Shown here piece after piece: positions 1 to 13,065 of a stretch of 64,000 nucleotides of DNA. The DNA is from Octopus sinensis (lineage: Eukaryota), in contig NW_021825710.1 in NCBI RefSeq assembly GCF_006345805.1, positions 1 through 64,000 on the forward strand, written 5' to 3'. Below the pieces are notes generated by a model, which was not told the DNA's origin, searched no databases, and saw only the letters and a list, made by a program, of their open reading frames with translations. How positions within the stretch are numbered: the first letter of the stretch is position 1; every line of letters starts with the position of its first letter. The position numbers were made by a program, and so were the translations under genes.

Positions 1-3
1 TTA

Positions 4-135
4 ATTTATTTTATAGAAGGAGCTTCTACAGGACTAGAACTGTTTCATTCAAAGAATCAATCAGGAAGCTTCCTGATGATTTTTTTTTGAATGAAACAGT
101 TCTAGTCCTGTAGAAGCTCCTTCTATAAAATAAAT
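4..135. repeat. Near-perfect fold-back palindrome centred on AAGCTT (66-71), PLE-terminus type
   Basis: atttattttatagaaggagcttctacaggactagaactgtttcattcaaa (4-53) is the reverse complement of the arm ending at 135; followed by (TA)n. Confidence 0.9.
67..118 (+). ncRNA. Type I hammerhead ribozyme motif (canonical CUGAUGA/GAAA core, weak stem II)
   Basis: agcttc-CTGATGA(73-79)...GAAA(93-96)-cag-ttctagtc-ctg-TA-gaagct; stem I agcttc/gaagct, stem III acag/ctgt, GUA cleavage triplet; mirror copy on the minus strand at 21-70. Confidence 0.7.
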
Positions 136-630
136 ATATATATATATATTATTTATATATATTATATATATATATAGATAGATATATATATATAGATATA
201 ATCATCCAGCGAACACCCACCATTAGTCATCACAGTTGCTCAAGGTAAAAATGAATTCCTCGCTCTTTCAGGAACATCAATTTTTATATTGACTGCATTC
301 CACCACTTGATCTATTTTTTATATATCACCACCACGAACCACTGCATCATACACTTTAAACATATAGCATGAACGAACTCACTTCAAACTATATTGAACT
401 TTATGATGTCTGACTCCATTGTGTATTATAAATGAATTTCTTATATTTGATAGCATGAACTATCTTTTTTTTATATATAACTTTTTTTGATAAGGTTTAT
501 TTCAGGAACTGAAACATGTTATAATGTATATATAAAAATTAAAAATTGTATAATATAGCAGCATTTTCGAACTTCATTTTTTACAAATATATATATATAT
601 ATATATATATAGATATATAGATATATATAT

Positions 631-673
<43 letters not shown>

Positions 674-724
674 TATATATATAGTGTGTGTTGTTGTGTG
701 TGAGCGTGCGTCGTGTGTGTGTGT

Positions 725-3242
725 ATACATACATACACACACACATGCAGGCACGTGCGCACACCTACATACCTACATACATACACTTACACACACTTAC
801 ACACATACATACATACACACATACACACACACATACATACCTACACACATACATACATACACACACATACATAAACACACATACATACATAAGACATACA
901 TACACACAGACACTCACACTCACACACACATACACACACACCCACATATACACGCACACGCATACACACACACAAACCTACACTCCCACATACATACATA
1001 CACACCTACATACACACGCACACGCATACATACATACACACACACGCATACATACATACATTACATACGTACACACACATACATTCATACCTTCACTCAT
1101 ACATACATACATACATACACACACAAACATACACAGACACACACCCATACATACATACACACATACATACACACATACACCTATACACACACGCCTACAC
1201 ACATACATACACACACACACACATATATACGCACATGCATGCATGCATACATACACACACATACACGCATGCACGCATACATACATACATACACACACAC
1301 ACGCATGCACACATACATACACACACATACATACATACACACACATACATAAGACATACATACACACAGACATACACCCATACACTCACACTCACACACA
1401 TACACACACACCCACATATACACGCACACGCATACATACACACACACGCACACCTACACTCCCACATACATACATACACACCTACATACACACGCACACG
1501 CATACATACACACACACACCGCATACATACATACATTACATACGTACACACACACACTTACATTCATACCTTCACTCATACATACATACATACATACATA
1601 CACACATACATACACACATACACCTATACACACACGCCTACACACATACATACACACACACATACATACACACACACATACACACACATATACGCACATA
1701 CACATATACTTACACACATGCACACACACACACACACATACATACGCACATGCATGCATGCATGCATGCATACATACACACACATACACGCATGCACGCA
1801 TACACACATACACACACACACACACGCATGCACACATACATACATACACACACACTTACAAACATACATACATACACACACATACTTCCACACATACACA
1901 CATACATACACACACACATACACACACACACATACATACATACACCCATACACATACACATATACACACACACATACTTACATGCACTCATACGGACACA
2001 CATACACACAGACATACACACATTCACACTCACACATACATACACACACACATACTTACACACACACTCGCATGCACGCGCACACACATGCAAGCGCGCG
2101 CGCACGCACGCATACATACATGCATGCACGCACGCCTGTGGCTTCTGGCTATATACCTCGGGTTCGTGTCTGGGGGCCGGCGCGTTCATGGGTTTCTCTT
2201 ACGCCTGTCACCACGGGAGCATTTTTCCATCATTCCTTCGGTTGCGTTGTGTTTCCTTGCATGCATATATATATACACACACCTAAACATATAAACACAC
2301 ATATAATACCCCTACATTTTGTACACACACGCACATACATACATACATTCACTCCCACGCACTCACACACACACATTTACATATATATATACAATACACG
2401 CACACACACTTACACACGTACAAACACACACGAACTCACATACACACCGACACATACATACACACAACATATACCTCCACGCGCACGCACACATACACCT
2501 ACGTACACACATATAAGCACAGACACACACATACATACGCACACCAAAACATGCGCACACATACGCACGTACACATACATACATGCACACAATCATACAT
2601 ATACGCACATATAAGCACACACACACACCCACACATACACTTAGTTAAGCATAGTTACCGGCCTACACACAAAAAAACGCACACGCACACACACATACTA
2701 CAACTAAACACACACACGAGACACATAAAAGCACACACACATTCCTTCGTGTTTCTGACCTGTCACTTGCTAGCCTTCGCCCTAGCCCTGTCACTTGCTA
2801 GCCTTCGCCCTAGCCCACCTATACACACATACACACACACACGCACGCACTCACATACACACCCCCGTCATCTCTCACTTTGTTGCGACTGCTGTCGCCC
2901 CAGCTTTCGCCTAACATATACATACATACACACGCACACACTCACACACACACTCCCGCACACTGTTTGTTTACCTTCCTTCTTTTTCCGCTATCTTGTC
3001 TTTGAAAACCCACACTCTCTTGTTTACTATTTCCGCCTTTCCAGTATGTCGACCTCGTGAGACCACTTGCATTTTTTTCCCTATGTCCTCCCACCTCGGG
3101 ATCTTTCTTTCTCTTATGTTTCCGACGAAGAGCTCCGCTCGAAACGTCATACCCTCCTTCTTCCCTCTTTTCCTGAGCGCCTAATAATACTTTAATTGTT
3201 CCACCTCCTTGCGTTGGTCTTTTTGTTTTCTGTTTGGATTAA

Positions 3243-3250
<8 letters not shown>
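725..3250 (+). mobile_element. PLE-derived 3' UTR relic: long degenerate (CA/CATA) tract plus unique tail with hammerhead
   Basis: Unique blocks at 2285-2760 and 3110-3250 match 38350-39270 in reverse orientation, and that copy lies downstream of a GIY-YIG ORF. Confidence 0.65.
3118..3152 (+). ncRNA. Minimal hammerhead-like motif, CCGACGA core
   Basis: gttt-CCGACGA-a-gagc tcc gctc-GAAAC-GTC-atac; loopless palindromic stem III (ACGT); one stem I mismatch. Confidence 0.6.
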
Positions 3251-3314
<64 letters not shown>

Positions 3315-3315
<1 letters not shown>

Positions 3316-3815
3316 CTAGCAGTATCGCCCGGCGTTGCTCGGGTTTGTAAGGGAAATAACTATATAAGCATTTTTAGAGGTTACTTCCTTTATAGATGCC
3401 AATTCGGGCTTTCTTAGCCATTTCTGTTTTGGTGTCTTCAAGCCATGAAGTCGTTGTTCTAAAAGAACGCTGGTCTCCTTGACAACGCTTTACGACGTTG
3501 ATTTCCTTAAACTCCCTTCCCCACAGCTTCACGAGGGAGGGAAGAAGGGGGAGAAGCAAACACAGGTGCAGGTATGACCATGGACGCCAACTCCGCCGCC
3601 ATCGACACACGAAAAATTATGCATTAAAATGGAATAAAAAATGATGTTAAATTATTTTAAAAATCGTAGACTCATCGTAGACGCGCGCTAATACTCAGAC
3701 GGGCTCGATATGAATCACGACTATAAGATACCCGAATTTGGTTAAGCTGCACCGCAAAATGTGGGAGTAGTAGTGAATCTAAATCGAAGGGGACAGACAC
3801 TCACACAACTACAGT

Positions 3816-3820
<5 letters not shown>
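3315..3820 (+). mobile_element. Non-autonomous Helentron-type element (HINE/DINE-1-like) inserted in (TA)n
   Basis: Starts (t)ACTAGCAGTATCGCCCGGCGTTGCTCGGG (5' subterminal hairpin), ends acagacac...agtttata, with TA arrays on both sides. Confidence 0.7.
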
Positions 3821-3880
<60 letters not shown>

Positions 3881-3887
<7 letters not shown>

Positions 3888-4945
3888 TATAATATAAGCG
3901 GGATCAGCCATCTGAATGTGGCTAGGGACTGGGTGGGGTGGTGGGGTGTTACTGATGCTTTAGCCCCAGGCGACTATCGACGTCACCAGAAGAGCCGACA
4001 CCATCACGTGTCCTTGCTAGCCTGCAATGGGAGATCAGCCTCACCGAAGATACGGATGCTACACACGGACCGGTTTCGAGGTATTTGCCTCTTGTCAGCG
4101 CATGGCAAGCACCGTTCTTCGCTGAGGAACTTCCTGTACAGGCCAGATATATATAGATTTTCACAGTAACCACAGTCACTGGCGTAGAAAATCCGTCCGA
4201 TAACAATAATAAATCTCTGAGCGGTATAAACAGTAACTGCTCTATAATATAAGCGGGATCAGCCATCTGAAGTGGCTAGGGACAGGGCGGGGTGGTGGGG
4301 TGTTACTGATGCATTTAGCCCCAGGCGACTATCGACGTCACCAGAAGAGCCGACACCATCACGGTGTCCTTGCTAGCCTGCAAAGGGAGATCAGCCTCAC
4401 CGAAGATACGGATGCTACACACGGACCAGTTTCGAGGTATTTGCCTCTTGTCAGCGCATGGCAAGCACCGTTCTTCGCTGAGGGACTTCCTGTACAAGCC
4501 AGATATTTATAGATTTCCACATTCAGATGGCTGATCCCGCTTATATTATAGAGCAGTTACTGTTTATACCTCGCTCAGAGATTTATTATTGTTATCAAAC
4601 GGATTTTCTATGCCAGTGACTGTGGTTACTGTGAAAATCTATATATATCTGGCCTGTACAGGAAGTCCCTCAGCGAAGAACGGTGCTTGCCATGCGCTGA
4701 CAAGAGGCAAATACCTCGAAACCGGTCGTGTGTAGCATCCGTATCTTCGGTGAGGCTGATCACCCTTTGCAGGCTAGCAAGGACACCGTGATGGTGTCGG
4801 CTCTTCTGGTGACGTCGATAGTCGCCTGGGGCTAAATGCATCAGTAACACCCCCACCACCCCGCCCTGTCCCTAGCCACATTCAGATGGCTGATCCCGCT
4901 TATATTATAGAGCAGTTACTGTTTATACCTCGCTCAGAGATTTAT
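3881..4945. repeat. About 355-bp unit in direct tandem followed by inverted tandem (pLTR/retrozyme-like)
   Basis: ataagcgggatcagccatctgaa at ~3894 and ~4250 on plus; inverted copies from ~4520 and ~4880; bounded by (TA)n. Confidence 0.9.
4062..4104 (-). ncRNA. Hammerhead-like motif with CUGACAA core (also 4418-4460 minus, 4691-4732 plus)
   Basis: catgcg-CTGACAA-gagg caaata cctc-GAAAC-cg-GTC-cgtgtg; stem I 6 bp with 2 GU pairs, stem II 4 bp, palindromic stem III; G8 replaced by A in all three copies. Confidence 0.6.
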
Positions 4946-4946
4946 T

Positions 4947-5025
<79 letters not shown>

Positions 5026-5049
5026 TATATATATTATATAAATATATAT

Positions 5050-5865
5050 GCATGTGTATACATCTTCACATATATATATTCTTCAACTACTAAGCACTGA
5101 CATATCCTCTAAGTAACCTAACCTATATTCGCAAATTCTTCATTCCACCATGTTACTACCCCTACCCCCTCTCTTTGCTCCTCACTTAGGCTCTGTCACT
5201 ACATACTTGACACTCCTTTACTATTTACCCTTTCTTCTGTTTACACTCGCATATCTTTCTCTCTCTCTATCACAATCATCCCCCATTCCTTCTACCTGAC
5301 ACTCCTTTACTCTTTACACTCTCATATCTTTCTCTTTCTATCACCCTCACCTCCACATTCCTTCTATCAATTTATCGTGACTGACCACTAACTAGTACAC
5401 TTTCCCTCACTTCATTTTTCCATTATCTCTCTCCTCGCTTTTTTTTCTTTTTTCCTTTCTTTTTCCTCTCTTCCTGTTTTTAATGTAACCTTACAAACAC
5501 TTTCCCAACTTTTAAGTCACTTCAAAAACAACCCTCGATTCAATAACACCGTTTACAAACTCTATGCTTGGAATGACCAATTTTAAATACTATTGGAACT
5601 TAATCGCAAGGTAAAGGAATCTTATATGTATACCATTCTGCCTAAATAATGGAACTGAAGATACAATATCCCTGCATATCTCACGTCTATTTACATTCCT
5701 TCACTTCAACTCTCTATTTCATATCTTATCTAGAATAACTATTGCTTAACCATTTTCTCACACCGTCTCCGATGAAGGGATATATAAAACATCCCGGAAA
5801 CAGCTGTAAGACCTTCTATTTATAAATGTTCTGAAATCTTTACAGCCTCGGATTTTTATCTCATT
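5050..5865 (+). mobile_element. Degenerate PLE 3' end (endonuclease tail plus UTR)
   Basis: G-poor strand; remnant ...ILLELNRKVKESYMYTILPK at ~5590-5650 resembles PLE GIY-YIG C-termini; ends in a hammerhead and then microsatellite. Confidence 0.45.
5765..5812 (+). ncRNA. Type I hammerhead motif, CCGAUGA core
   Basis: gtct-CCGATGA-a-gggat atataaaac atccc-g-GAAAC-agct-GTA-agac; all three stems form. Confidence 0.7.
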
Positions 5866-5918
5866 CTGTTAATCTATCTATCTATCTATCTGTCTATCTA
5901 TCTATCTATCTATCTATA

Positions 5919-6007
<89 letters not shown>

Positions 6008-6345
6008 TATTCGTATTCTTATTCGTGTTATCATTATTGTTTTTACGTATTTTTGTATTCTTAGTCGTGTAAAACATCGTCCGTTTTCCCGTCCTTGTTT
6101 TGTATACATTCGACGCTTTCTTCCAAGGAATCTAATGCGCTTGGCTTAGATTTTCCTTTGGGACTGGCCAGGTCGGAGCAATCTCAAGATTAATCAGCCG
6201 AAATTGCGAGGATGATCCGGTTCTTGACTGAAGTTTGAAGGCTTCGAATGTCCCGTCCGTGTTTTTTGTATCGTCTTCTAAATGTTTTGCGTTCTTGTCC
6301 CAGTTTGTATCTTTTTACATTACATATACATATACATATATATAT

Positions 6346-6429
<84 letters not shown>

Positions 6430-6639
6430 GAAATATGTTACGAAAAGAAAATATAAAATACACGTGGAAATGTAAAGGTAAAATATGAAAAATCAACGAA
6501 AATGCATATTGCAAATAGAAAAAGGCTGTTTATGACAGGTAGTGACAAATATATACATTTAGATTGACTGAAGTAGTAATACGAGTCATAAAGCCCATTA
6601 TTACGAGATGATTATAAGATGATAATAAAGTAAGAGAAT

Positions 6640-7260
6640 AAAACGAACCAGTGGTTTACGCCGCGAAGGCTATTCATCGTTTGAACGACACCAGTTAATA
6701 TACGGTATCAAGTCTAATAGTTCCTGAGAAAAAAGATTATTTGTAAGGGAGGTAAGTAGTTCTGGAATTAGAGATGTGAGTGATGTAGGTAGTGTATAGG
6801 GTTTAGTGGTTTCAAGTGAAGAGTTAGTGGTATTCTGTATTGAGTTGTGTATTCATATTTAGTTGGGGGAGAAATTTATTGATGAAAAATGTCTCTTTAT
6901 TCAGCCTTTGTTGCATTGTGGTGTTCTGTGAGCATTGGTAAAAGGGGAATATTTGGAAATTGGGATTAAGATTCCTGGCGCATCTTTCTATGTGTTCACT
7001 CACTTTTAACTGTCTGTATTGTGGGTGACGGATTTGCTCTTTGTGAATGGTGATGTGATTCTTTGACGGAGCGAAATTCCTGTTTGCCCAATATAAAGTT
7101 TACCACATCCTATGCATGTCATGACATAGATTACATTTGCTGAGGCGCAGGTGAAATTTCATTTGATCTTAAATATTTCTCCTTGTTTGAATTGGAATTC
7201 TGAACCCTCCCGAAGATGGGGGCATGTTCCACAGTTAGAACGTCCACATTTTGTCACTTT
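6640..7260 (-). mobile_element. Penelope-like element GIY-YIG endonuclease fragment
   Basis: Minus-strand translation gives CASANVIYVMTCIGCGKLYIGQTGISLRQRIT and PFYQCSQNTTMQQRLNKETFFINKFLPQLN. Confidence 0.85.
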
Positions 7261-7505
7261 TGGCTCAGTAGTTAGTGGGTAAGTCTAGCGCTGGTTGTAT
7301 TATATTATATCATATTATATTATATTATATTATATTATATTATATATGATATATATATATATATATATATATATTGTGTAAGTTATGAGTTAGAAGTAAT
7401 GTAACCGTCTAAGCGACAGATGTATCCAAAGGCACTCCTAGTATTATATCAGTATGTTATAAAGTATATGGTTGTAGGTAATTTAAAGGTAAAAACGTGG
7501 TTTAC

Positions 7506-7582
7506 GTTCTGAGGATGTCTATCTATTGCAACGAGGTAAATGTAGATTTACCCCAGCTTGATATACTGAAACAGCGGTAAAC
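7506..7582 (+). ncRNA. Degenerate hammerhead-like motif with extended stem II
   Basis: gtt-CTGAGGA...(inner hairpin ggtaaat/atttacc)...GAAAC-agcg-GTA-aac; stem I only 3 bp. Confidence 0.35.
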
Positions 7583-7664
7583 ATACTCACATCGTTATTA
7601 AATGACTTTAAAACACTAATGATCTACTTCTGACTGTTATTATTGCTCCATTTCTTATCGCTTT

Positions 7665-7880
<216 letters not shown>

Positions 7881-7884
7881 ATGT

Positions 7885-8954
7885 AGAAAGTCGGTGTGTG
7901 TTTGTTTGTGGCGTTGTTTGCTAACGCCTACATCGCTTTATTGATTTTGATGAAATTTGACTCGTGAGTAGAACTCATGTCTGGAATTCTCGTGACATAC
8001 TTAGATTGTTGAAAAAATCGATAATACGGCTCCTGGAAGGGACCTTTATATCTACCTCATATAAATAATTTTTTAACACCCAAGAGAAATAAACCATAGC
8101 ACCTGCACAATCTTTTTTAAACACTCAAGGGAAATAACCCATACCACCTGCAGTTTTTAGCAAAGCGATCAATATTTGATTCTCACGATCAGCCGACTTA
8201 ATTCTGCATTTCCCTACTCACAGTTTTGAACTGCTAAACATTATTATTGCACTTCCTTAATTTGAATCTTAAACATTAAAGACTTCATTCATACATTTCT
8301 ATACATACATACGTTTTTGAATGCCCATTACTCCGATAATTCTGCATTTTTACAGTTACACTTTTTCCATGATAATAGATATTTTTTTTATCCCGCAACG
8401 TATTTGTAGTGGCTTCATACAGACATAGCGTGGATTCGTTCCTCGATTGTCAAATTTCACTTCACACTTCAACACGATTTTTTCGCAGCAAAACTATAGT
8501 TTTTCTATGAATGACAGCAGTTATACATTTCCAATATGCCTTCGCTTAGCAGAATAATGTCTTTGCCACTTGACCCTTCTAACCTCTTCTAGGCCACCAG
8601 GGGCTGGGATGGAGATAACAGACCTCCAACGAAATCATTTGTTCTCAAAAATATGTCTGTCCTTCTGGCTGCTTTTCGATAGTTATAAAAAACAAGAACT
8701 CCGTAAGCTAAAGGCAGTTACTGAGAGCGACCATCAGTGAGTGTGAACGTTATTATTGCACTTTCTTCAAACACTTCATTCATATATTTATATAAATAGA
8801 ATCTCTCCCTCCTCCAGCTGACAGATTTTTGTACTTTTCGTGACGGAAAATACATCTTTTGTGGCAGTTATAACGAAATTGATTTCTTATATCAGAGTAA
8901 TAAGGCGTTTCAATAGAACATCTTTACACCCGGAATTACCAGGTACACCAGCTA

Positions 8955-8956
<2 letters not shown>
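7885..8956 (-). mobile_element. Helentron-type non-autonomous element (HINE)
   Basis: Minus strand starts tactagctggtgtacctggtaattccgggtg next to (TA)n and ends ...aatttcatcaaaatcaataaagcgatgtagg...acaaacaaacacacaccgactttc. Confidence 0.55.
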
Positions 8957-9034
<78 letters not shown>

Positions 9035-9159
9035 ATGAGGGGTTTAGTTCACTGGTGATCTAAACGAATAAGTGCTAAAATTGTTATCTGTTAGGTTCCA
9101 AGTTCACAGCTGAGGCTGGAACTAGGGATCCGTATTTGGCAACCCTGTTAACAGGTATA

Positions 9160-9221
9160 TATATATACATGTATATATATATGTTTATGTATATATATGT
9201 ATATGTGTGTGTATATATATA

Positions 9222-9257
<36 letters not shown>

Positions 9258-9350
9258 CATACATACTACATACATACATACATACATACATACATACATA
9301 CATACATACATACATACATACATACATACATACATACAGATATACATATA
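9160..9350. repeat. (TA)/(TG)/(CATA)n compound microsatellite
   Basis: Directly visible. Confidence 0.95.
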
Positions 9351-10326
9351 TCTGGCACACTTTCGGTAGTTACTGTCTATATAATTTCAGTTGGCTTTCT
9401 TCGACATATGACAATGATCGAACTGATCAAACATGTTGCTTAATGTGGTAGAACCCGAAACACTCTGGAGAAACAAACTCTTTTACCATATGTCTGTATC
9501 TGCGGTTACTCAAGCATACACACATACATCACCAAATGTTCGTAGAAACACACATTTTACATGTTGAGATTACCGATTTATACTTGTTTATTTCAGTCAC
9601 TAGTTTATAATCAATTCGGAGCCACCAGTTGTGGAAGAAGATTAAATAGATTAATCTTTTCAGTCTTAAATGAAATGATATGAATTCTGCACAAAGAAGA
9701 TAATTAATATATGCTGTCAGATAGGTGTGAACATTAATAACTGAAAAGTATATGGAAGCATTCTACAAAAATAGTAGAAAATTATATTTTTAACCAGTAT
9801 TTCATATAACATTTTCATTGCCATAATAAAAGTATGAACTAGATAGATGGAAATGAATGACTAGATATAAATAAGAGAGTCATGTTGTCACTATTAGTGT
9901 AAGCTCGCCTATACATTTTATCTTTCTGTAGACGATAAACTAAATACCGGTCATGTACTAGAGTTAATTTAATCGATTACACTTCCCTTTGAGTGTTCTT
10001 GTGTGTAGAATACATTTCTTAAATTTCATTACTTAAATTTCTTAAATTATAATCGCGTTCCTACAAAAGGTACATAATGACACGATTCTTTCAGTGGCTT
10101 GAAGTGTTAATAGGAGTTCAGAATTGGAATTGAAGTAATCATGGCTGCTACAGCTGTAGATAAAGAATTTATTTACTCAATTACAGTAATAAGTCTGTTT
10201 TAAGATGTATTTATTTACTTTAAATGCCGTGTTTTTTAAACAATTAATTTGCTCCTTTAGTTTGCTGCAAAACAAAAATTATCCAGTAGTATTTTGAAAA
10301 TGTTAATAATACTAACATACTATACG

Positions 10327-10395
<69 letters not shown>

Positions 10396-10862
10396 GAAAG
10401 GTAATCTTTTAGGGGTTCTCCAACCAAGAACATTTAGTAGCCTGAGAGCGTTTAGATCTAATTTTAGATAGACGACAGGGTTATCTAGCTCTCGATAATA
10501 GAGAAGTATATCACAGATAAACTTTTCACGAGAATAGATAAGTTGGACACTGTAGGCCAACGAGACACCAGAAATGCTAGAGTGTTCTATTTGGTTTTAC
10601 CTACCGTACTCTAAGGTACAGAGTCGCATACATGGGCAGACAGAAGCACCTTTGACAGAACCATCGATCCGTCGATTGAGTGCGTGGTACACTATCCACT
10701 CAGACATCTAAATATTTCCATATTAACACCTACGCAAATGCACACGTATGTGTGTGTGTATACGTGTGTGTGCGTGCTGTATGTGTGTGTTGTGTGTGTG
10801 TGTGTGAGTGAGAGAGAGAGAGAGAGCATGTATGTATTCACTGTGTAGGAATAAGTTAAGTA

Positions 10863-12889
10863 CAGTGATACCTCGCTGTACGAGTTTAATTCGTTACAAA
10901 TCAATTTTCCATTAATTTCGTAATTAACTAAAAACCACCCAAAGATAATTTTTTATGAGTTTTAAAACAGAAAAGGTGTATAAAAAAGAGAATGCATAAG
11001 AAATATGTAAACTGGTTTTATTAATTGAATAATCTCAAAGACTCGTGCGTGAGGAAGGCGATAGAGCGGAGAGGGGGAGGATTACTGTTTGAAATGAGAA
11101 TCACCTTTCATTAAGACTTCACGAAAAACAATTTCTGGCGTTTTCTCTCTCACTTCGCTAAATTTAGGCTTTTGGGGCACACTTCCTTCACTTTTTACTC
11201 TCGCAGGTCGATTCATTAGAAACATATGAAGATAAGTCTGCTTTTCCTGCTATTTCAAAATGTTACAAAAATGCGCCAGAGGAGTGTCATTAAATAAGCA
11301 GCTGCACGACCTGTAGCTACTATTTCAGGATTATATTTTTCTACAAATTCAGAAACATACTGCCACTTTGCCAACACTGCCTTTATGTCACTCGTAGAGA
11401 TAGCATCCTCCGCTTCACTGTCCTCCGCTACACTGCCAGGCCATATCAATGATTTTTAGGCAGTTTATAATGCTGTTGTGCTCCTTTCAAAACTCACGAA
11501 GGGTTTGATTTGTATTTTCGACGACTTCAAAGCACCGACGAAATAGGTGTTTGATGCACAATTTCTTAAAATTAGAAATCACCAGTTGGTCCATAGGCTG
11601 AAGGGTAGGGGTGGTATTGTGTGAAAGGTACATATCTTTTATAAATAGAAATTCGTTCAGGATATCATCTTCGTGGTTAGGAGGGTGAGCAGCAGCATAG
11701 TCGAGGATGAGGAGGGACTTAAGAGGAAGATTGTTCTCCAGAAGGTGCTTTTTCACTGCTGGTTGACCCACCCGGAGGACAATTGCCCGGTGACCCAGGC
11801 TTTAGCGTTTGCCCTCCATATGACCTGTAGCTTCACCTTCAGGATTTTGTGCGACTTGAACACTCGTGGATTTTCGGAATGGTAAACAAGAAGCAGCTTA
11901 ATCTTCAAGTCTCCACTCACTTTGGCACAAAGGATGAGAGTTAGCCCATCTTTCATAGACTTGTGACCTGGCATTTTCTTTCCTGCAGTTATGTAGGTTC
12001 TTCTGGGCATTTTCCCCCCAAAACGGCCAGTTTCATCACAGATGATGATGTACCTGTTATGCTATGTACCGCTCAGATGCGACGAGCTGCAGGAGTTCAC
12101 GCACGAAATCTTTAGCTGCCTTCGTGTCAGAACTCGCTGCTTCTCCATACCTGACGACACTATGAACACCAGTCCTCTTCTTGAAATTATCAAACCAGCT
12201 GCAACTGGCCTTAAGTGCATCTGCTGATGTTTCCTCCGTCGATGTTCCAGAGTTCGGCGTCAGGAGATCCCCATACAGCGCTCGTGCTTTCTCGCAGATG
12301 CTGGTCTCCGTAATCGTATCCCCTGCGAGTTGCTTCTCGTTGAGAAGCAATTTTTCCATATTTTCGTGGACAGATGTGCGTTGCTTAGAGAGCCTGGAGA
12401 CACTCTTTGTTGCGGTAACAGCTTTGATCTCGTCCTTTTTTCTTCAGGGTGGTGCAGATCGTCGACGTGCTGACGTTTCATACCACTACACGCACTCCTC
12501 TCTCATGTTTATCAAAGATTTCCTTCTTCAATTCTATCGTAATCAGCTTTTTCTTCTCAGCACTGCCCTTTGCACTAACATTCTTAGGACCCATGGCTAG
12601 CACAACTAATTATTATAAAATAATAGCAAAAATTGCTGAAAGGTAAACAAAAGCACTGGGAAAAACACAACAGGGATGCCGCCACGGGATACACACTTGA
12701 ACCGAGCGAGCGGAGACTGCACCTGTTGGGAGAGCATGTACGAGCTCAGCACCAACTTGCAGTCGCTTGTATGAAACTCGCTCGTACCGCAGATTTCCGC
12801 TCGTACTTCAAGACAAATATTCGCACGAGCCTTGGCTCGTACAGCAAATTACTCGTACAAAGATACAATAGTACTGCGAAGTTCTACTG
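10863..12889 (-). mobile_element. Tigger/pogo (Tc1-mariner superfamily) DNA transposon with decayed transposase
   Basis: CENP-B-type HTH (LLNEKQLAGDTITETSICEKARALY...FDNFKKRTGVHSVVRYGEAASSD) and DDE_1 pieces (KSMKDGLTLILC, LLVYHSENPRVFK, LLILDYAAAHP, LQPMDQLVISNFKK); ends TA-CAGTGATACCTCGC and GCGAAGTTCTACTG-TA. Confidence 0.9.
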
Positions 12890-13065
12890 TACATTAAAAA
12901 AATGAAAGTTTATTGCAATGCGGTGTACGAACGAGTGTAAATTTGGTGCAAGAGAACAGTGACAAGAGCGAGTGATTAAAAAAGAAAGAAAGAAAGAAAG
13001 AATGTTATAATGTGGATATTCGTCCACTTGTATATTGTTGTGGGCACTAATGTGCTTGTCGCCAT

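Noticed and set aside
519-2632. Long His/Thr/Tyr/Ile or Cys/Val/Met ORFs (up to 532 aa)
   Set aside because: Translations of CA/CATA repeats, which lack stop codons in most frames; no domain or codon structure.
3881-4945. Repeat array as a possible CRISPR
   Set aside because: Units are about 355 bp with no unique spacers, the context is eukaryotic, and there are no cas genes.
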